A DNA stretch of 63,670 nt, counting the filler, from Stramenopiles sp. TOSAG23-2 (lineage: Eukaryota), in assembly GCA_900128395.1 (NCBI GenBank). It is 50 parts of 50 records of this genome, joined end to end, with 100 filler letters (N's around TTAATTAATTAA, not from the genome) between each part and the next. Parts side by side here need not be neighbours in the genome. Positions count along the whole stretch, not along the records: positions 59,982 to 61,145 come from LT653571.1; positions 61,246 to 62,408 come from LT653572.1; positions 62,509 to 63,670 come from LT653573.1; 47 more parts are not named here. One strand, written 5' to 3'. Shown in pieces: positions 60,184 to 63,670 of the stretch (positions are counted from its first letter, which is position 1; each line of letters opens with the position of its first letter). The notes under the pieces are model-generated. The model saw nothing but the letters and a program-made list of their open reading frames with translations, was not told the DNA's origin and did no database searches. The position numbers were made by a program, and so were the translations under genes.

Positions 60184-61145
60184 TCATTCATCGCCAAAAT
60201 ATTCAGGATGCATATTCCATATCTCTACAAATTGTTTCAAACTATTAGTAATTAGAATTTGCCAATTTCCAGCGGAATGATACATGGCCTCGCCAATTTT
60301 AGCATTGTCTTTTAATACTTTTTTATCCCCGTTTTGAAATCTTGCAACTTTCTCTGCATTTTCTTTTTGTAAATATTGTAACCAATTTCCTTTTTTCATT
60401 TTAGCACGTTTTAACCTTCTTTTGCGTTGCTTTTCATACATTCCAATAAATGATAAACTATAATGATCAAACAGTTGAAAAACTATCCAACTGTAGGTAA
60501 AATCTTTTTTAATTTTTTCATACCTCTCCTTGCTAGTTAATCCATCGTTTTTTTCATTACCATATTTTACAAGCTCCGTTTCTAATGTTTCATGATATAC
60601 TTTTAATAATTGTAATCGTTTTTCGTAACTATCAAACGTTTTAAACTCATTCATCATGTAGTTCAATTCCCATCCACCTAATCCGACGGTAAGTGATTGC
60701 AAATCAATCATTTTTACCTCATCAATTTCGTTATTGTTAAATACATTTTCTTTCTGCTTCCATAAAAAATTCCATAAATGGGGGTCCCCATGAATAATTG
60801 TATCTGGATGTATCTGTCCTAAACGCAATTTCCATTGAAATCTTAGAATTGCATTATTTTTGGATGAAAATACTTTTTGTAAATGTTTCAACACTGTTTT
60901 CACTTCATTATTTTGCATGATTGGAAGCATATTGTCATCCTCTGCACATAACTTAGCAATTTCATCAATATCACAACGAATAAAGTTGCCAATACCATTT
61001 GGAAAAGCCACTCCTTGAAAAAGATACATGGTGAAAGAACCAGTATAACAACTCATGTTAGCAGCTGCTTCAGTTGCTTTACCCCATGCCACAGCATGAA
61101 ACCGAGCTAGTGTTTTGGCACAAGCTTCATAAACATTGTAATGGA
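60184..61145 (-). CDS. Ecdysteroid-kinase-like / choline-kinase-like phosphotransferase (5' partial)
   Basis: LARFHA, TIIHGDPHLWNFLW, KMIDLQ, ELNYMM, LLKVYH. Confidence 0.8.
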
Positions 61146-61268
61146 NNNNNNNNNNNNNNNNNNNNNNNNNNNNNNNNNNNNNNNNNNNNTTAATTAATTA
61201 ANNNNNNNNNNNNNNNNNNNNNNNNNNNNNNNNNNNNNNNNNNNNTATATATATATATATAAACTTAC

Positions 61269-61824
61269 ATCGATACCATCCTAAATCTGCTTTTTCTAAT
61301 GCGGATAAATATAATATAAAACAACAACATGGACATGATATTTTAAATAGTAAATCAATGCCAATTAAATCATGGCAACATAAATAATGTTCTCTTTTCC
61401 AACCTGCTTTGCCACGCCGTCCTGTACATGATAATAATGCTTGTTTTGTATCTTTATAACATTTTATTACATGTGGACTATATTGTTCTTTCCATGTTGG
61501 TGGTGGTTTTGAAACTTTAACATTCGCATATTGACTGCGTGTCATATCTTGTGTAGATGCTGGTGGCATTGCCGTTTGTATACGTCTTGAATCATGCATT
61601 CTTGCTAAATTACGTCTATGTTCTGCTGATTTAGTTGGATTATATCCTTGTTTCTTTTCTTTTTTTAAATGATATTGTTTTAACCAATCATTTGCACCTT
61701 CTTCAGTTAAAAATTCTTGTTGTAATATACGTTTTGATGATCCTTCTTGTCGTATTACTGCATATCTTAAATCATCTTTTGATTCTGCACGTTTATTATA
61801 TGGTGTAATAAAAAATTTTACCAT
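61269..61824 (-). CDS. Unknown protein with a Cys-rich (PLAC8-like) segment, first exon
   Basis: W....LCCHD...CPCCC; the exon ends at a GTAAGT donor. Confidence 0.5.
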
Positions 61825-61843
61825 TTTATGACTATTATTAATG

Positions 61844-62087
61844 ATACTGAATACGTAAAAGAAGAAAGTGAATCTATATATATATGATATATATAATATG
61901 TTTACATTAAAATCTTCGTACCATAAAATACATATTAAATGCGTGTTTGTCGTGTGGATCGATGTATACTGAATACGTAAAAGAAGAAAGTGAATCTATA
62001 TATATATGATATATATAATATGTTTACATTAAAATCTTCGTACCATAAAATACATATTATATGCGTGTTTGTCGTGTGGATCGATGT
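61844..62087. repeat. Tandem duplication of about 122 bp
   Basis: atactgaatacgtaaaagaag...gatcgatgt repeated with one substitution. Confidence 0.88.
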
Positions 62088-63019
62088 AAAATTAGTTATT
62101 GTAAATCGTCATCTAAAATGTGTCCATGTGTCCATTGAAATGTGTGTAAATGTATGTTTATGTCAAATGTCATCATTTTTGTACACATATAACACATAAC
62201 GGTTGTTTGTTGTTTTCGGCCTCTTTGAATTGATTAATAAAATATACAGGTACATACTGTGTGGTAAAGACGTAAAGACTTGGTGTAAATTGTAAATGCG
62301 GGTGGTATTACAAAAAAATATAAAAAACATTTTTTTTTTCTTTTTACTCCTCTCTCTCTCTCTTCTCTGTAAATGATCCGCTCGTATTTTATAAATTTTG
62401 TTATATATNNNNNNNNNNNNNNNNNNNNNNNNNNNNNNNNNNNNNNNNNNNNTTAATTAATTAANNNNNNNNNNNNNNNNNNNNNNNNNNNNNNNNNNNN
62501 NNNNNNNNGCTTAACACAAGTATAATGAACCTCGTATGATGTGGATTGATATTAACATAAAGTGTAACAAAATTAAAAAGCATTACATATTTTACGAGTT
62601 CGTACAAAATACGTATGCATATATCTTACATATCAATAAATACACTAAAATTCGCGTTTTTAAGTATTTTCACTAATTTTAAGGATTTTTAAAAAATGTT
62701 GATAGGAAGCGAAAAATCGTGGTCTATTTGCTAAAGCTCTCCAGCTCTCCTGTATGCCAGGTATGCCAGGTACTGTATGTAGGCCCCAGGTAGCTAGCTA
62801 GCTGAGCTAGCCCAGCTAGGTTGTACTCTTTGTTGAAGAAGAACGTTCATTTTATTATTATTGTGCTATTATTTTAATTTCAGAAAAATAAAATTTAAAT
62901 TAAAAAAAAATTATTTTGAAATTGTATTTGTTCCTAAAACATTAGAATCAATATTTCTTTGTAATATATCTTGAGATATTTTATTTGGAGATTTGCAACT
63001 GCATTTATGAGGAGAGACG

Positions 63020-63629
63020 ATAAACTCAGCTAAACTCGTACTCTATCTTCTACAATGCGATTAGCATTAAGATTGAGTTCATTGAGTAGATCACCAATAA
63101 CTAATACATTTTTGGATCCAAAAATCTACAATTATTATTAGCACTGTCATCTGATTTCATCGCTGTGATTTCTTCTACAAATCGAGACGTTCTTGTGCTG
63201 TTTTACGTTGTGGTACTGAAAATTACCGCTGCACGTTAGTGTAACCTTTTACATTAATTCTTTGAGTAATATTAAAGTAAAATATTTATCTTTTATTTAT
63301 ATATTAGTTTATTGCTGATGTCTATAAACAGCTAAAAGGACAACTGGAAAGAAAAATATAGAGTTATGGAACGATGTCTATCATATCATATTAGGCATAT
63401 ATCATATTATTTATTTTTATTTTAAAAAATTAATAAACGATGGTTGAAGTCTAAGTTATAATAATAATTTAGCTAAATTAATATAATATATATGCATACG
63501 CAATAGATAGATTAATATCATAATTAAAATAATTAATTGTAGATTTTTGGATCCAAAAATGTATAATAATTATTGGTGATCTACTCAATCATAATGCTAA
63601 TCGCATTATACGAGTTTAGCTGAGTTTAT
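63020..63629. mobile_element. MITE-like / foldback element with imperfect terminal inverted repeats of 100-120 bp
   Basis: 63020-63139 is the reverse complement, with indels, of 63528-63629. The interior is AT-rich and non-coding. Confidence 0.65.
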
Positions 63630-63670
63630 AAATAGTAACTATAAAGTAAACTATTGTTATCCAATACATA

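Noticed and set aside
1190..62508. Regularly spaced TTAATTAATTAA repeat as a CRISPR-like or biological array
   Set aside because: It is always embedded in fixed N runs and is an assembly linker.
1..63670. Alternative genetic code, rRNA or tRNA genes
   Set aside because: Conserved genes end at TAA, TAG and TGA and read normally in the standard code. No rRNA or tRNA was recognised by eye.

Overview
This window is not one locus. It is an artificial concatenation of 50 short, unrelated contigs joined by 49 linkers of the form N44-TTAATTAATTAA-N44, which carry stops in all six frames. The contigs are sorted by decreasing length, from 1189 bp to 1162 bp, so adjacency across linkers has no biological meaning. 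The DNA is AT-rich and eukaryotic: standard genetic code, GT-AG spliceosomal introns, Asn/Lys homopolymers and ciliary genes (IFT122, a CFAP20-domain protein). It most likely comes from a flagellated protist single-cell or metagenome-assembled genome; a marine stramenopile is plausible but unproven. Most contigs hold one partial gene: PX protein, SLC34 transporter, PLP deaminase, ADH, spastin-like AAA ATPase, PIF1, PhyH, NBR1-like, EML-like WD40, ZNF207, nitronate monooxygenase, P450, cadherin, Popeye, methyltransferases, HMG box, OTU, RPS11, PP2C, vWA, BK-channel RCK, U-box, Sel1, TPR and EcKL kinase. There is also an internally deleted Ty3/gypsy element, a MITE-like foldback and a 1.18-kb spacerless palindrome. 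The most interesting candidates are: a frameshifted gustatory-receptor-like (7TMIC/GRL) membrane protein; several immune-like architectures (ANK-SAM-IRE1-like kinase recalling RNase L, TIR-MORN, TIR/HET-like-TPR); a possible tyrosine recombinase of viral or mobile origin; a P450 lacking the I-helix acid-alcohol pair; and the nested-hairpin palindrome. Homopolymer frameshifts, short tandem duplications and abrupt junctions point to sequencing, amplification or assembly artefacts. All family calls come from motif recognition by eye; no searches were run.
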